Positions 1 to 9,228 of a DNA stretch of 24,000 bases are shown here, piece by piece. The stretch is from Marinisporobacter sp. (GTDB taxonomy: Bacteria > Bacillota > Clostridia > Peptostreptococcales > Thermotaleaceae), in contig JAOARP010000029.1 of NCBI GenBank assembly GCA_025210525.1, positions 108,739 through 132,738 on the forward strand, read 5' to 3'. Position 1 is the first letter of the stretch; each line of letters starts with the position of its first letter. Position numbers and translations under genes: made by a program. The notes beneath the pieces were generated by a model that saw only the letters and a list, made by a program, of their open reading frames with translations, was not told where the DNA came from and searched no databases.

Positions 1-963
1 TTTATCTTCACGATCACTTGTATTGCCATCAGAAGATGCTTTTTCAGCATAGGCTATAAAATTACCATTCATATCAAATTTAGCAATTTTATCTTCTTCA
101 CCAAAATGTACATAAACTTTATCACCTTTGATAGTTACACGATTTGCCCAATAAAACTTTTCTGACTCTTTAACCGTCCACAAAAGCTCACCTTTAGCTG
201 AGAAGCATTTTAAGAAATCACCATAATAACAGGATACAAAGATTAGACCATTATCAGCGCAGGCAATTTCAGCTCCACTACCCTTTAAATCCTTTTTCCA
301 TAGGATATTCCCTGTATCACCCTGAAAACAATATAACGTTCCTCTTATCTCAACCATTACATTCTTTTGAGCTGTTAATACTCCTTTAGATATTGGATCC
401 ATCTCTGTTAGTTCATCCTCTGACATATACTCAATATGTTCCCAAAGGATCATCTCTTCTGTTATTTTATCTGTTTTATCCAGTTCTTCTTCATTGGTAA
501 GTCCTAAAACATTCAATTTAATCCTACCATCATCATTTCTGTTTTTCCCTACAGCAATCGTTTCGATAAGTACGTTATCAGTATTTTCATCCATTACATG
601 GATATTATCCTCTAATTCATCATTTTGATCAATAGCACTTGTAGCATTACTATAATCAGTAGATGTATTACTTTTATCTTCATCTACAACATCATGATCA
701 TCACTCCCTAAAAACATCAAACTACCAATAAATAAAATAAACACTACTATAACAATTGGGATGATCTTACGTTTTTTCTTTCTACTCTTTTCTCTTTCAT
801 TATCTTCCTCAATTACATTATATTGCTGCTCATAAGTAGGTTGATTAACATTTTCTGTTGGTTTCTTATTCACACTTTCTGCTATCTCGACTTTCGTTCC
901 ACATTCACCACAAAATTTTGCATTATCATAAAGCTTATTTCCACATTCGCTACAATATTTCAT
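1..963 (-). CDS. Zinc-ribbon domain membrane protein, C-terminus cut by the window edge
   Basis: Missing from the ORF track because no stop lies in the window. My translation from ATG 963-961 (SD GAGGAGG at 971-977) gives MKYCSECGNKLYDNAKFCGECGTKVE (CxxC..CxxC ribbon). This is followed by KKKRKIIPIVIVVFILFIGSLMFL (TM helix) and a beta-rich extracytoplasmic region. The frame stays open for all 321 codons to position 1. Confidence 0.6.
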   Translation of the reverse strand, partial: MKYCSECGNKLYDNAKFCGECGTKVEIAESVNKKPTENVNQPTYEQQYNVIEEDNEREKSRKKKRKIIPIVIVVFILFIGSLMFLGSDDHDVVDEDKSNTSTDYSNATSAIDQNDELEDNIHVMDENTDNVLIETIAVGKNRNDDGRIKLNVLGLTNEEELDKTDKITEEMILWEHIEYMSEDELTEMDPISKGVLTAQKNVMVEIRGTLYCFQGDTGNILWKKDLKGSGAEIACADNGLIFVSCYYGDFLKCFSAKGELLWTVKESEKFYWANRVTIKGDKVYVHFGEEDKIAKFDMNGNFIAYAEKASSDGNTSDREDK

Positions 964-1013
964 AGATATCCCTCCTCGTATATTATATTTAGATACAAAA
1001 TTTTAATGTCTAA

Positions 1014-1050
1014 ACAAAAAAAGCACCTAAACATTCCATTTTTAGCTGCT
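1014..1050 (-). terminator. Rho-independent terminator candidate downstream of pfk
   Basis: On the minus strand, AGCAGCTAAA..TTTAGGTGCT forms a stem (9 of 10 pairs) followed by a T7 run (plus-strand A-run 1016-1022). Confidence 0.5.
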
Positions 1051-1246
1051 TTTCTTTTAAGTCTTTTATATTTTCTTGTTATTTTATTATCATCATAATT
1101 ATGACTATTTTTTGTTTTTTCTCTTTTTTTCTTTCTAATAAGCTTATCTTTACCCATATTATATCATAAAAATGGTTCTATTGGAATTTTCCTTAACATA
1201 AGACAGCTCTGAAGAGTAAATATTGAGTTAAAACCATACTATAATA

Positions 1247-2365
1247 TTAAAAAAACTCTAAATCTCTCTCTCTTTTTTCATAATTAAAACATTCATCTCC
1301 AAAATTAATACCCACAAGCTTTGCCGTTTCAATCAACTTATGATTCAATGGAACTGTCTTTAATAAACCTGCAACCCTTTCTAATGGCGATGCCACACAT
1401 GCATTGTTTTTAATAGCTACTGCTACTCCATATTTTTCTTGGGAGATCAACTTTGCCCCATATACGCCAATTTGCGTCGCTAATGTTCGATCATAAGCTG
1501 TCGGCGAGCCTCCTCTTAATATATGTCCCGGAATTACAACTCTTGTTTCAAAACCCGTCTGCTCTTTAATCATATTTGCAATACGATTAGAAATAGATGT
1601 ATTGTTTGTCTGTTTGCGATAAGCTTTAAATTCTTTCTTTTTCATATTGGCTTCTATAACATTTTTGGCGCCTTCTGCTACAACAACAATAGAATAATTT
1701 TTTCCTTTTTGATGTCTTTTCATGATTGCTTGTACAATGGCTAAATTGTTATAAGGTATTTCTGGGATCAATATGACATCAGCACCACCGGCAATTCCTG
1801 CATTAATCGCCAGCCATCCTGTTTTGTTCCCCATCAATTCAATAATCATCACTCTATCATGAGAATCAGCAGTTGTATGGATTCTATCGATTACATCCAT
1901 TGCTGTATCCACTGCAGATTGGTAGCCAAAGGTTACATCTGTATTCCATATATCATTATCAATGGTCTTTGGCAACGTAATAATATTCAAGCCTTCTTCT
2001 CTCAAAATATTCGCATTTTTGTGGGTTCCATTACCACCAAGACAAACTAAACAATCCAACTCGAATTTTTGATAGTTTGTAACCATTGCTTTTACTTTAT
2101 CAATACCATCAGCCTCAATCTTTCTCATTTTCTTGAATGGGGTTCTATGACTTCCTAGTATTGTACCACCTTTTGACAGTATCCCAGAGAAATCATCCAA
2201 TTCCATTTTTTTTATATCTCCTTCTATAAGACCTCTGAAACCATTTAAAATGCCGTAAAATGTACAATTCATTAACCCGTAAGACGCCTTTACAACCCCT
2301 CTAATAGTTGCATTAAGTCCCGGACAATCCCCTCCACTCGTTAAAATTCCAATTTTTTTAGTCAT
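1247..2365 (-). CDS. pfkA: 6-phosphofructokinase (PfkA family; ATP versus PPi dependence not resolved)
   Basis: 372 aa. Motifs seen: GILTSGGDCPGLNA, CLGGNGT, PKTIDND, ELMGNKTGW. SD GAGGAG lies just upstream of ATG 2365. Confidence 0.9.
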   Translation of the reverse strand: MTKKIGILTSGGDCPGLNATIRGVVKASYGLMNCTFYGILNGFRGLIEGDIKKMELDDFSGILSKGGTILGSHRTPFKKMRKIEADGIDKVKAMVTNYQKFELDCLVCLGGNGTHKNANILREEGLNIITLPKTIDNDIWNTDVTFGYQSAVDTAMDVIDRIHTTADSHDRVMIIELMGNKTGWLAINAGIAGGADVILIPEIPYNNLAIVQAIMKRHQKGKNYSIVVVAEGAKNVIEANMKKKEFKAYRKQTNNTSISNRIANMIKEQTGFETRVVIPGHILRGGSPTAYDRTLATQIGVYGAKLISQEKYGVAVAIKNNACVASPLERVAGLLKTVPLNHKLIETAKLVGINFGDECFNYEKRERDLEFF

Positions 2366-2380
2366 TATTTCTCCTCATTT

Positions 2381-3046
2381 CTAATTTAATATCTGATACC
2401 AATAAATCAATCCATTTTCACCTTCATCATTACATTCAGTCAAGGTATTGCCGTGAAAAGTATCAAATAGTTTAAATCCATATCGTTCATAAAAACTATA
2501 TGAACAACTTAAATCAGTCCATAAAAATACACTGCTCAATTTCTTTTCACGACAAAACTCAATATACCGATTCATTAATTCATAACCGTAACCTTGACCA
2601 CGAAGACATTCGCTGACAATAAAAAGATTGATTTCACTACTAAAATAATCCGAATATACCTCTCCTGCCATATCATCTCTTTTTTGATTTAGATAAATAC
2701 TAATTGCAGTATCCATTGTTCCAAAATTACCTCTTAATAGTTTAAATATACTCCATAACAAGGTTTTGATTCTCTTTATAATAACTGCAATTCCTTGGAT
2801 AGCAGCCCGATTTTCTATACTACCAAACATTATACCGCATACATTGTCATCTTCATCAAGAATCAATTCCTTGTACTCACTATAATCCAGACAATCTCTG
2901 ACATATAATTCGTAAATACTATCCATATCCTTTGGATTCTTATATGCTTCATGAAGATTCCAAGCTTCTTGTACCAGTTCACCGCAACTTTTCAAATACT
3001 TTGGTTCATATTTCTCAAATCTATATTTTCTGCTCATCCTCACCAC
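2381..3046 (-). CDS. GNAT-family N-acetyltransferase
   Basis: 221 aa. Acetyl-CoA motif LRGQGYGYELMN (R/Q-x-x-G-x-G) and C-terminal FYERYGF. The stop is 15 nt from the pfk start, so co-transcription is likely. Confidence 0.75.
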   Translation of the reverse strand: MVRMSRKYRFEKYEPKYLKSCGELVQEAWNLHEAYKNPKDMDSIYELYVRDCLDYSEYKELILDEDDNVCGIMFGSIENRAAIQGIAVIIKRIKTLLWSIFKLLRGNFGTMDTAISIYLNQKRDDMAGEVYSDYFSSEINLFIVSECLRGQGYGYELMNRYIEFCREKKLSSVFLWTDLSCSYSFYERYGFKLFDTFHGNTLTECNDEGENGLIYWYQILN

Positions 3047-3334
3047 CCCCTAATTGATGAACAAGTTATAACATTCTTAGGAATATTAATATTATTGTCA
3101 AAATAATACAAAATACAACCATCCATTTATATTTCTTACAAAATACCTTGTTTTTGTTATCGTTCCACCATAGGTATAAGTATCTTCAGCCTATGCATTT
3201 CTATGGTCTGCAACTCTTTAAATATATGGATCTGAAAAATTATTTTCCATCTTCTCACTCCATATTTATTTATATAAATACTTTAATCTCCTAAAATTCA
3301 TTTAACGTAAATTCAATCTCAAGATTTCTTGACA

Positions 3335-3360
3335 TAAAAAAACTCACAGAAAACTGTGAG
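3335..3360 (-). terminator. Rho-independent terminator after the sensor kinase
   Basis: On the minus strand, CTCACAG-TTTT-CTGTGAG is a perfect 7-bp stem followed by T8. Confidence 0.65.
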
Positions 3361-3372
3361 GTAAAAGATATA

Positions 3373-4962
3373 TTATTTCGGTATTTTAATTTCGTATAAA
3401 ACTGTTATTTCTTCAGTCCCATCCGAAACAAGTTCAATGGTACCTTTATGTGCTTTGATTATTTTATGTGCTATAGCCATTCCAAGCCCTGAACCTGTTC
3501 CACTTGTCCTAGAATCACTACCCACAACAAATGGCTCAAAAATCCTTTTCTGCAATTCCTCAGGAATACCAGGTCCGTTGTCTCCTATCACCAAACTGAT
3601 TTCTTGATCAAATTCTTTCAATATAAAATATATACTTGTCCCTTTAGGTGTATACTTCGTTGTATTCGAGATAATATTATCAAACACACGTTTCATCTGA
3701 AAAAAATCAACTCTTGCATCTATATATTTATCTGGAATTTCTAGTTCGAGTTTGTAGCCCAATAGTTCTAGCTCATTGTATTTGTCTATGAAATATGCTC
3801 TAGCCAATTCACTTATATTGCTTGATGTATCTTCTAACTTAAAATCAGGTCTATCAAGCTTACTAAATTCACTAAATACGCTGATCAGTTTCGCCATTGA
3901 CTGGCACTTATTATATATGCGCTCTAGGTACTTCACTCTATCTGTTTCATTTATTTTTTCATCTATTAATGCTTTTGAAAAGCCTTGAATCACTGTTATC
4001 GGTGTCTTCAAATCATGGGAAATATCAGCAATCATCTTTTTCTTTTCTTCTTCAACTTCAAATCGTATTCGTTCTGCTTCGTTCAATTTCACTGCCATTG
4101 CATTAAATTCTCTACATACATTTTCAAACTCATAAGGACCTTTGTAACAAATGAGTTTCTCTCTTTTGCCATGAGAAAATTCGTTAATTGCATCTCCTAG
4201 CAACAGCAACGGCACCTTCACTTTTTTGTCTAGATTGATGAGATAGATAAGAGCAGCAACAATAAAAAAAACGATAAAAACTGCCAAACTATAACCTAAA
4301 GTACCCTCAAGAGAAGCGGACACCATATTCAGGGGATTGTACTCTCTAAAAAACACAACGGTATGAGCATCGCCTTCATTATTGGTATAGAACAGTTTGG
4401 ATACTTCATAGGTGTCATCATAAACTCCACTTAATAAGTCAAACTCCTTTTGGGTAAATACTTTCTTCATATCTGGTATATTTGAAAAATTTAGTTTCAG
4501 ATTATTATCAACAACAACGACTGTCTGATATGTTTTTTTAAGATTATCATAATATTCAAAAGTAAGCTCAGTGTAACTCTTTGAATCAAATTCTTGGTAC
4601 TCTTCCTTTGTAATAATTGGTCGGTTATTTTCATTTGGAATCAATGTCAACTCTTCAGGTGAAAATTTTATTGGTTCATGGCCGGGATCTATATAAATAA
4701 CTTGGTTGTTTTCATTTAGTATTTCAAAAAAACCATTATTTCCAAGTTTATTCTTGCTTTTCAGCCCTGCATAATCTCCTTTTAAAATGGTCTTAGGCAC
4801 CTGTTCATAAGTTGATTCCAAATATCTTATCATACTAATATCTACAATTTCCTCTCTAATATATAAAATAGCAAAAATCAGTGTTAACACAGCTATGACA
4901 AAAATCAAAAAATCCCTAACCAATATATTGAAATAACTTCTTTTATTCTTAGTTACTTTCAA
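3373..4962 (-). CDS. Membrane sensor histidine kinase (HisKA + HATPase_c) with a large extracytoplasmic domain
   Basis: 529 aa. Two hydrophobic segments (about aa 19-36 and 222-243) flank a roughly 185-aa loop. H-box ISHDLKTPIT; G-boxes DNGPGIP and GTGSGLGMAIAHKI. Confidence 0.85.
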   Translation of the reverse strand: MKVTKNKRSYFNILVRDFLIFVIAVLTLIFAILYIREEIVDISMIRYLESTYEQVPKTILKGDYAGLKSKNKLGNNGFFEILNENNQVIYIDPGHEPIKFSPEELTLIPNENNRPIITKEEYQEFDSKSYTELTFEYYDNLKKTYQTVVVVDNNLKLNFSNIPDMKKVFTQKEFDLLSGVYDDTYEVSKLFYTNNEGDAHTVVFFREYNPLNMVSASLEGTLGYSLAVFIVFFIVAALIYLINLDKKVKVPLLLLGDAINEFSHGKREKLICYKGPYEFENVCREFNAMAVKLNEAERIRFEVEEEKKKMIADISHDLKTPITVIQGFSKALIDEKINETDRVKYLERIYNKCQSMAKLISVFSEFSKLDRPDFKLEDTSSNISELARAYFIDKYNELELLGYKLELEIPDKYIDARVDFFQMKRVFDNIISNTTKYTPKGTSIYFILKEFDQEISLVIGDNGPGIPEELQKRIFEPFVVGSDSRTSGTGSGLGMAIAHKIIKAHKGTIELVSDGTEEITVLYEIKIPK

Positions 4963-5644
4963 TTTTATACCCTAACCCTTTCACTGTTTTGATATACTTC
5001 TCTCCATTTTCGTCAACACCAATTTTCTCCCGTAGATTTGAAATATGCACCGTAATAGTATGTGTATCAGATTCAAAATATTCACCGCATAAGTATTCCG
5101 CTATCTGTATTTTTGAAAATATCCTATTAGGATTTCTCATCAACAAATTCATAATTTTATACTCAGTAGCAGTTAAAGTTATCTCCATTCCATCCTTTAA
5201 TAATTTGCAGGCATCATTATCTAGAATCAGATTTTTAATCTTACTGATATTATTCTGTTGATCTTTATGTTCATTAAGGATTCTATTTCTTCGTAAGTTA
5301 GCATTTACCCGTGCTACAACCTCTAAAGGATCAAAGGGTTTTGTTATATAGTCGTCAGCACCAATGTTTAATCCCAATATTTTATCATGACATTCTATTT
5401 TAGCCGAAATAATGAGTATTGGTATATTGCTATCTTTTCTTATTTCTCTAGTTAACTTGAAGCCGTCCATTTTAGGCATCATAATATCAAGAATGGCTAA
5501 ATCAAACTGCTCATTTTGAATAGCCCTCAATCCATCTAAACCATTATCCACAATTCTCACATCATATCCTTCACTTAACAGATACATTTCAATAATCTCG
5601 GATATATCTTTATCATCTTCTGCTATTAATATCTTCTCTTTCAT
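4949..5644 (-). CDS. OmpR/PhoB-family response regulator
   Basis: 231 aa. REC domain (ILIAEDD, LDIMMPKMDG) plus a winged-helix C-terminus (TVKGLGYKI). It overlaps the downstream kinase gene by 14 nt. Confidence 0.9.
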   Translation of the reverse strand: MKEKILIAEDDKDISEIIEMYLLSEGYDVRIVDNGLDGLRAIQNEQFDLAILDIMMPKMDGFKLTREIRKDSNIPILIISAKIECHDKILGLNIGADDYITKPFDPLEVVARVNANLRRNRILNEHKDQQNNISKIKNLILDNDACKLLKDGMEITLTATEYKIMNLLMRNPNRIFSKIQIAEYLCGEYFESDTHTITVHISNLREKIGVDENGEKYIKTVKGLGYKIESN

Positions 5645-5992
5645 ATCGTTTCCTTTCTTGTTCAGAGAATTATTATCAGATTAAATTTATAAAAACCTAA
5701 CCCTATCCATATATATTATATTTACCCAATTTTACTCGGTCAACATACTTAATAACAATTCAAATACCACTTTTTTCATATTAAACCAAAATATAAATTT
5801 ACATCTGATTTGGTTATACAGCTTACCTAAAAAAAATTGGTAATTGTGATCATCTATCTGAGGTAGAAGCAGCTAATTTAATATGGATTGTTGAGTATTG
5901 AAAAACAGGATTATATGAATAAAGTTTAGTTCCCGTTCATCTATAGCCCACAATCTTATTTAAAAATCCTTCTTTTTCTCCGTCCCACAACT

Positions 5993-6014
5993 TTCACATA
6001 ATCTTCACATAGCT
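5993..6014. promoter_or_regulatory. Tandem direct repeat TTCACATA-N3-TTCACATA (11-bp register), candidate OmpR-family binding site
   Basis: TTCACATA occurs at 5993-6000 and again at 6004-6011, exactly one helical turn apart. The site lies in the divergent intergenic region about 125 bp upstream of ATG 6138. Possible -10 hexamers follow: TATAGT at 6016, TAAAAT at 6026 and TATAAT at 6044. Confidence 0.35.
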
Positions 6015-6064
6015 TTATAGTAGATTAAAATTACATATAACCTTATAATTAAATTAACAGAAAG

Positions 6065-6080
6065 TTTTCTCTAGAGAAAA
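6065..6080. promoter_or_regulatory. Perfect 16-bp palindrome TTTTCTCTAGAGAAAA in the leader of the ferredoxin/FMN-binding gene
   Basis: Read directly from the sequence, 58 nt upstream of ATG 6138. It could be an operator or a 5'-UTR hairpin. Confidence 0.3.
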
Positions 6081-6137
6081 TTTGCCAGTACTAAATAAGG
6101 TCTAATCTACCGTATGATATGAGAGGGAGTGAATATC

Positions 6138-7304
6138 ATGAAGAAAATTCAAAAATATCGTTTAGTAGTTCAAATTCTATGTTTAGTTCTTACAATATGT
6201 GGATTCTTTACTAATTTTAAAGCAACAATGTTGGTGATTCTTGGTTTGACACTTTTATCTGGTGTATTTTATTGTGGTTGGATCTGTCCATTTGGGTTTA
6301 TACAAGATCTATTCAGTAGGGTAGGACGATTATTAGGTATTAAAAAGAAAAAAATGCCCCTATTTATTCAAAAAATATTAGTATTCAATAGATATATAAT
6401 AGTAGCTCTTGTTTCTCTCATTGGGTCAGATTTGATTTTTAGTATTCTGTCATTTGATCCTAGAGTAAATTTTGAAAAATTATTATTAAGTGATGTGGGT
6501 ACAATTGGTTCTATTGGAGTCATGTTATTCTTTGTATTCATTGCTTTATTCTTTGATAGGCCATTCTGTAATTACTTCTGTTTTGAAGGAGCTAAATATG
6601 GTCTAATAAGTTACTTTAGAGTTTTTACAATCAAGAGAAATAAATCTACATGTGTGAACTGCAAGAAATGCGACATAACTTGTCCTATGAATATTGAGGT
6701 ATCAAAATGCACTAATTTAAGATCCCCTCAATGCATTAACTGTTTTAGATGTATTTCTAGCTGCCCTGTAGAAGGTGCTCTTACTTATGGTAACGCCCAT
6801 ATGTTTAAGAATGAAAAGAAAAAACATTTAGCTATGCTTATTAGTATATTCGTATTAATTGGAGGTTTCCTAGTATATAATATCTATAATGGAGCTAATC
6901 CTTTAAATCTTGAAAACAAACACCTTTCTGAATCTACTTCTGATAAAACTATGGTAGGTGAAACTTCATCCTCAAAATCAAATGAACTTACAGTGATTTC
7001 TGAAGAAGATTCTAAAAACATAGGAGATGGAGCAGATATTTCTGACGGCATATATACAGGTAAAGGTGAGGGATTTAAAGGTCCAATGACTGTGCAAGTT
7101 ACAGTAAAGAACAAACATATTATAGCTATAGAAGTCATAGAACACCGTGATGATAGAAAATGGTTTAATCGAGCAAATGATGTTATACCTAATAAAATTG
7201 TTGATTCACAAAGTGCTGATGTTAACGTAGTAAGTGGTGCAACCTATTCATCTATGGGTATTATAGATGGTGTCAAGGATGCGTTGAAAAAATCAAATAA
7301 ATAA
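6138..7304 (+). CDS. Membrane polyferredoxin (NapH/NosR-like, 4Fe-4S) fused to a C-terminal FMN-binding domain
   Basis: CGWICPFG and RPFCNYFC (CxxxC) motifs sit between TM helices. There are two ferredoxin motifs, CVNCKKCDITCP and CINCFRCISSCP, then a further TM helix and a Ser/Glu-rich linker. The FMN_bind-like domain ends in DVNVVSGATYSS (flavinylation motif SGAT). I prefer ATG 6138 (SD GAGAGGGAG at 6121-6129) over the track's GTG 6129. Confidence 0.8.
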   Translation: MKKIQKYRLVVQILCLVLTICGFFTNFKATMLVILGLTLLSGVFYCGWICPFGFIQDLFSRVGRLLGIKKKKMPLFIQKILVFNRYIIVALVSLIGSDLIFSILSFDPRVNFEKLLLSDVGTIGSIGVMLFFVFIALFFDRPFCNYFCFEGAKYGLISYFRVFTIKRNKSTCVNCKKCDITCPMNIEVSKCTNLRSPQCINCFRCISSCPVEGALTYGNAHMFKNEKKKHLAMLISIFVLIGGFLVYNIYNGANPLNLENKHLSESTSDKTMVGETSSSKSNELTVISEEDSKNIGDGADISDGIYTGKGEGFKGPMTVQVTVKNKHIIAIEVIEHRDDRKWFNRANDVIPNKIVDSQSADVNVVSGATYSSMGIIDGVKDALKKSNK

Positions 7305-7318
7305 CGTGGTGATAAAAT

Positions 7319-7469
7319 ATGAAACGAATATTTCTAGTGATCTTAAGAGCAAATCGCCTTTTACAGACAAAATAAAAGAAACAAGGTAAAACAAGTTATA
7401 AACGCCCATGAAGGAACTATCTTAGCTTATAATTCAAAAAAAGGTATTGAATTTAAAATTTACTTTTGA
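7319..7469 (+). pseudogene. Probable scar of an internally deleted histidine kinase gene
   Basis: SD GGTGA plus ATG 7319 opens an 18-codon ORF, MKRIFLVILRANRLLQTK*. In another frame (7347-7469) the sequence reads ..KVKQVINAHEGTILAYNSKKGIEFKIYF*. That matches the generic C-terminal end of HATPase_c kinases (h-x-x-h-h-x-x-H-x-G-x-h..S..G.G..F.h). Confidence 0.35.
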
Positions 7470-7492
7470 AACAATTCAAAAATACACACTTG

Positions 7493-8971
7493 TTAATAGC
7501 AAACAACAGGGGTATTTACCTCAATATTATTAAATATCTCCTTTGCTACGTTGTAAGGCAAGTTTATACAACCATGAGATCCATTCCTCTTATAAATTTC
7601 CCCACCAAATTTACTTCTCCAATTTGCATCATGAAGCCCTATTCCGCCATCAAAGGGCATCCAAAAGGCAACTGGTACAGCGTAATCTGCCCCCCTTAAG
7701 ACAGCTTTTCTCTGTTTATATTTTAATTTATAAATACCTTTACGTGTTTCTGTATGTTTTTTTATATTACCAGATACAATAGGTCCTTGAACTATTAATG
7801 AACCATTCTTATAAAACCATATATGCTGTTGATCTATACTTATTTCAACATAGGTATTTCCAATATCAGTAGTCCCGTGAGAAAAGGCCGTCTGACTATA
7901 CGTTGGTTCTTTTGTTATAGTCCTTCCTTCTCTAATATTCACAATCAGATTTTGTACTTCTTCCGCTATATCAATACACCAGCCATAGTCGCCACCGCCT
8001 ATATGGATAGTCTGCCCTGATGATCCAACAAGATTTCTTACCTTTCCAACCGTGTTATGAGTTTTAAAAATTTCTTCTAAGTGATTCTCTACCTTTTTTC
8101 CATCAACGACGATTTCAAATTTCTCATTTACCATAAGCCACTGGTTTATTATAGAGCCTTCTATTGTTTCTTTATGGTCTCCGAATGTATAGGTAATTTT
8201 TGATGATACACATTTGTTAAGTGTGTCTTTGACTTCTATAATTTTAGGAGACTTTGAAGTATATTCTGGCTTTACATAGCAATCCACGGCTTCTAAATCT
8301 ATTTCAGTATCACCCTTTAGTATTGCCTCTGATACAAGAAGATATAGTTTCTCTTTATCTACCTTGCTTCCTGGGACTTCATCTAAAATTATATAACTAC
8401 TACCCAAATATTGAAAACTGGGATTCTTAGGTTCAATTATATTCTTATCATCCAAACATGAAAGTCCATCGATTCGTTTTTTCAATAGTTTCTCATCATA
8501 TAATAGGTCTACTGTGGTTTTTGGATTCTTCTGTAAAAAAAGTTCAAAACACCAATAGAAAGGATTTTGACTCTCTTTAAATTTATAAAATTCCTCGTCT
8601 GAACGATACCGTAAATTTATGTCATCGCCTTTTATCTGTTCAATCTTATCATCTCTCTCTTTTATACTTAACGTGTATTTCTGAAGCTGAGATGTCACTA
8701 CTATTTTAGCCTCTTCCACAGTTCTCCCAGAAACATCTATGTCATTAATTTCAGAACCAAAACAATAATGACTTTCAAAATGCTCCGTCATTCCAAAATA
8801 AAGAATAAGTAAGTAACAGATAGAAACTACTATGTATCCGACATATTTTTTACGCTTTTCTTCTAGCTCTTCTTTTGGTTCTTCCGTTTGCTCTTCGGAA
8901 GGCTTTTCAATTAACTCATTAGTTTGTTCTTCAGTGGGCTTCTGTATTGATCTTTCTAGTTTTTCTTCCAT
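7493..8971 (-). CDS. L,D-transpeptidase (YkuD domain) with an N-terminal TM anchor and a YoaR/PG_binding_4-like region
   Basis: The catalytic end reads GIGLHDANWRSKFGGEIYKRNGSHGCINLP (His..SHGC motif). There is a TM helix YIVVSICYLLILYFGM and an acidic KP(T/S)EEQT repeat at the N-terminus. ATG 8971 is preferred over the track's GTG 8980 on SD spacing. Confidence 0.85.
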   Translation of the reverse strand: MEEKLERSIQKPTEEQTNELIEKPSEEQTEEPKEELEEKRKKYVGYIVVSICYLLILYFGMTEHFESHYCFGSEINDIDVSGRTVEEAKIVVTSQLQKYTLSIKERDDKIEQIKGDDINLRYRSDEEFYKFKESQNPFYWCFELFLQKNPKTTVDLLYDEKLLKKRIDGLSCLDDKNIIEPKNPSFQYLGSSYIILDEVPGSKVDKEKLYLLVSEAILKGDTEIDLEAVDCYVKPEYTSKSPKIIEVKDTLNKCVSSKITYTFGDHKETIEGSIINQWLMVNEKFEIVVDGKKVENHLEEIFKTHNTVGKVRNLVGSSGQTIHIGGGDYGWCIDIAEEVQNLIVNIREGRTITKEPTYSQTAFSHGTTDIGNTYVEISIDQQHIWFYKNGSLIVQGPIVSGNIKKHTETRKGIYKLKYKQRKAVLRGADYAVPVAFWMPFDGGIGLHDANWRSKFGGEIYKRNGSHGCINLPYNVAKEIFNNIEVNTPVVCY

Positions 8972-9148
8972 GTTCCCCACCCCCCCTTATGCTAGAATAA
9001 ATTCTAAGACTATACTTATCTCTTAGGAATTGCTTAACCTTATAGAAAAAGTTCATATTACATCTTATGTGATGATATTCGTTCTTAAAACAATTATTTT
9101 CAAAATAAATTTCACAATGGATACCTCATAAGATAAAATAAGATACAT

Positions 9149-9200
9149 AAAAACCGTGCATAATGGAAGGTAACAATACCTTATCCTGCACGGTTTTTTC
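9149..9200 (-). terminator. Long hairpin terminator ending the stressosome/two-component operon
   Basis: CCGTGCA (9154-9160) pairs with TGCACGG (9187-9193), with an inner AAGGTA/TACCTT stem. T/A runs lie on both sides, so it could act bidirectionally. Confidence 0.6.
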
Positions 9201-9228
9201 TTATACTAGATATACATTTACACACATT

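Noticed and set aside
960-1157. 65-aa highly basic ORF (MGKDKLIRKKKREKTKN...) on the minus strand between pfk and the zinc-ribbon gene
   Set aside because: It reads straight through the terminator hairpin at 1014-1050 and the SD and start of the next gene. It has no SD of its own, and its lysine-rich composition is what A-rich intergenic DNA gives by default.
3047-3334. Several mini-ORFs (10-28 codons) between the GNAT gene and the kinase terminator, one with a GGAGTGAG SD (MENNFSDPYI*)
   Set aside because: They are too short and unconserved-looking to support from sequence alone. The region more likely holds the promoter of the GNAT-pfk operon.
3776-4200. Track ORFs antisense to, or out of frame within, longer genes. 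These are 823-1098, 1523-1744, 1859-2050, 3776-4200, 4989-5261, 6884-7138, 7543-8020, 8832-9026, 10052-10246, 10476-10727, 11004-11231, 13227-13412, 13531-13719, 14173-14391, 15019-15234, 16208-16456, 16591-16803, 17416-17667, 18181-18390, 18724-18987 and 19391-19683
   Set aside because: All are embedded in longer ORFs that carry clear domain motifs. They lack SD sequences and have low-complexity, Phe/Ile/Leu/Ser-rich translations typical of spurious frames within real coding sequence.
7466-7699. 77-aa plus-strand ORF starting right after the kinase scar
   Set aside because: It overlaps the conserved catalytic end of the minus-strand L,D-transpeptidase and has no recognisable motif or SD.
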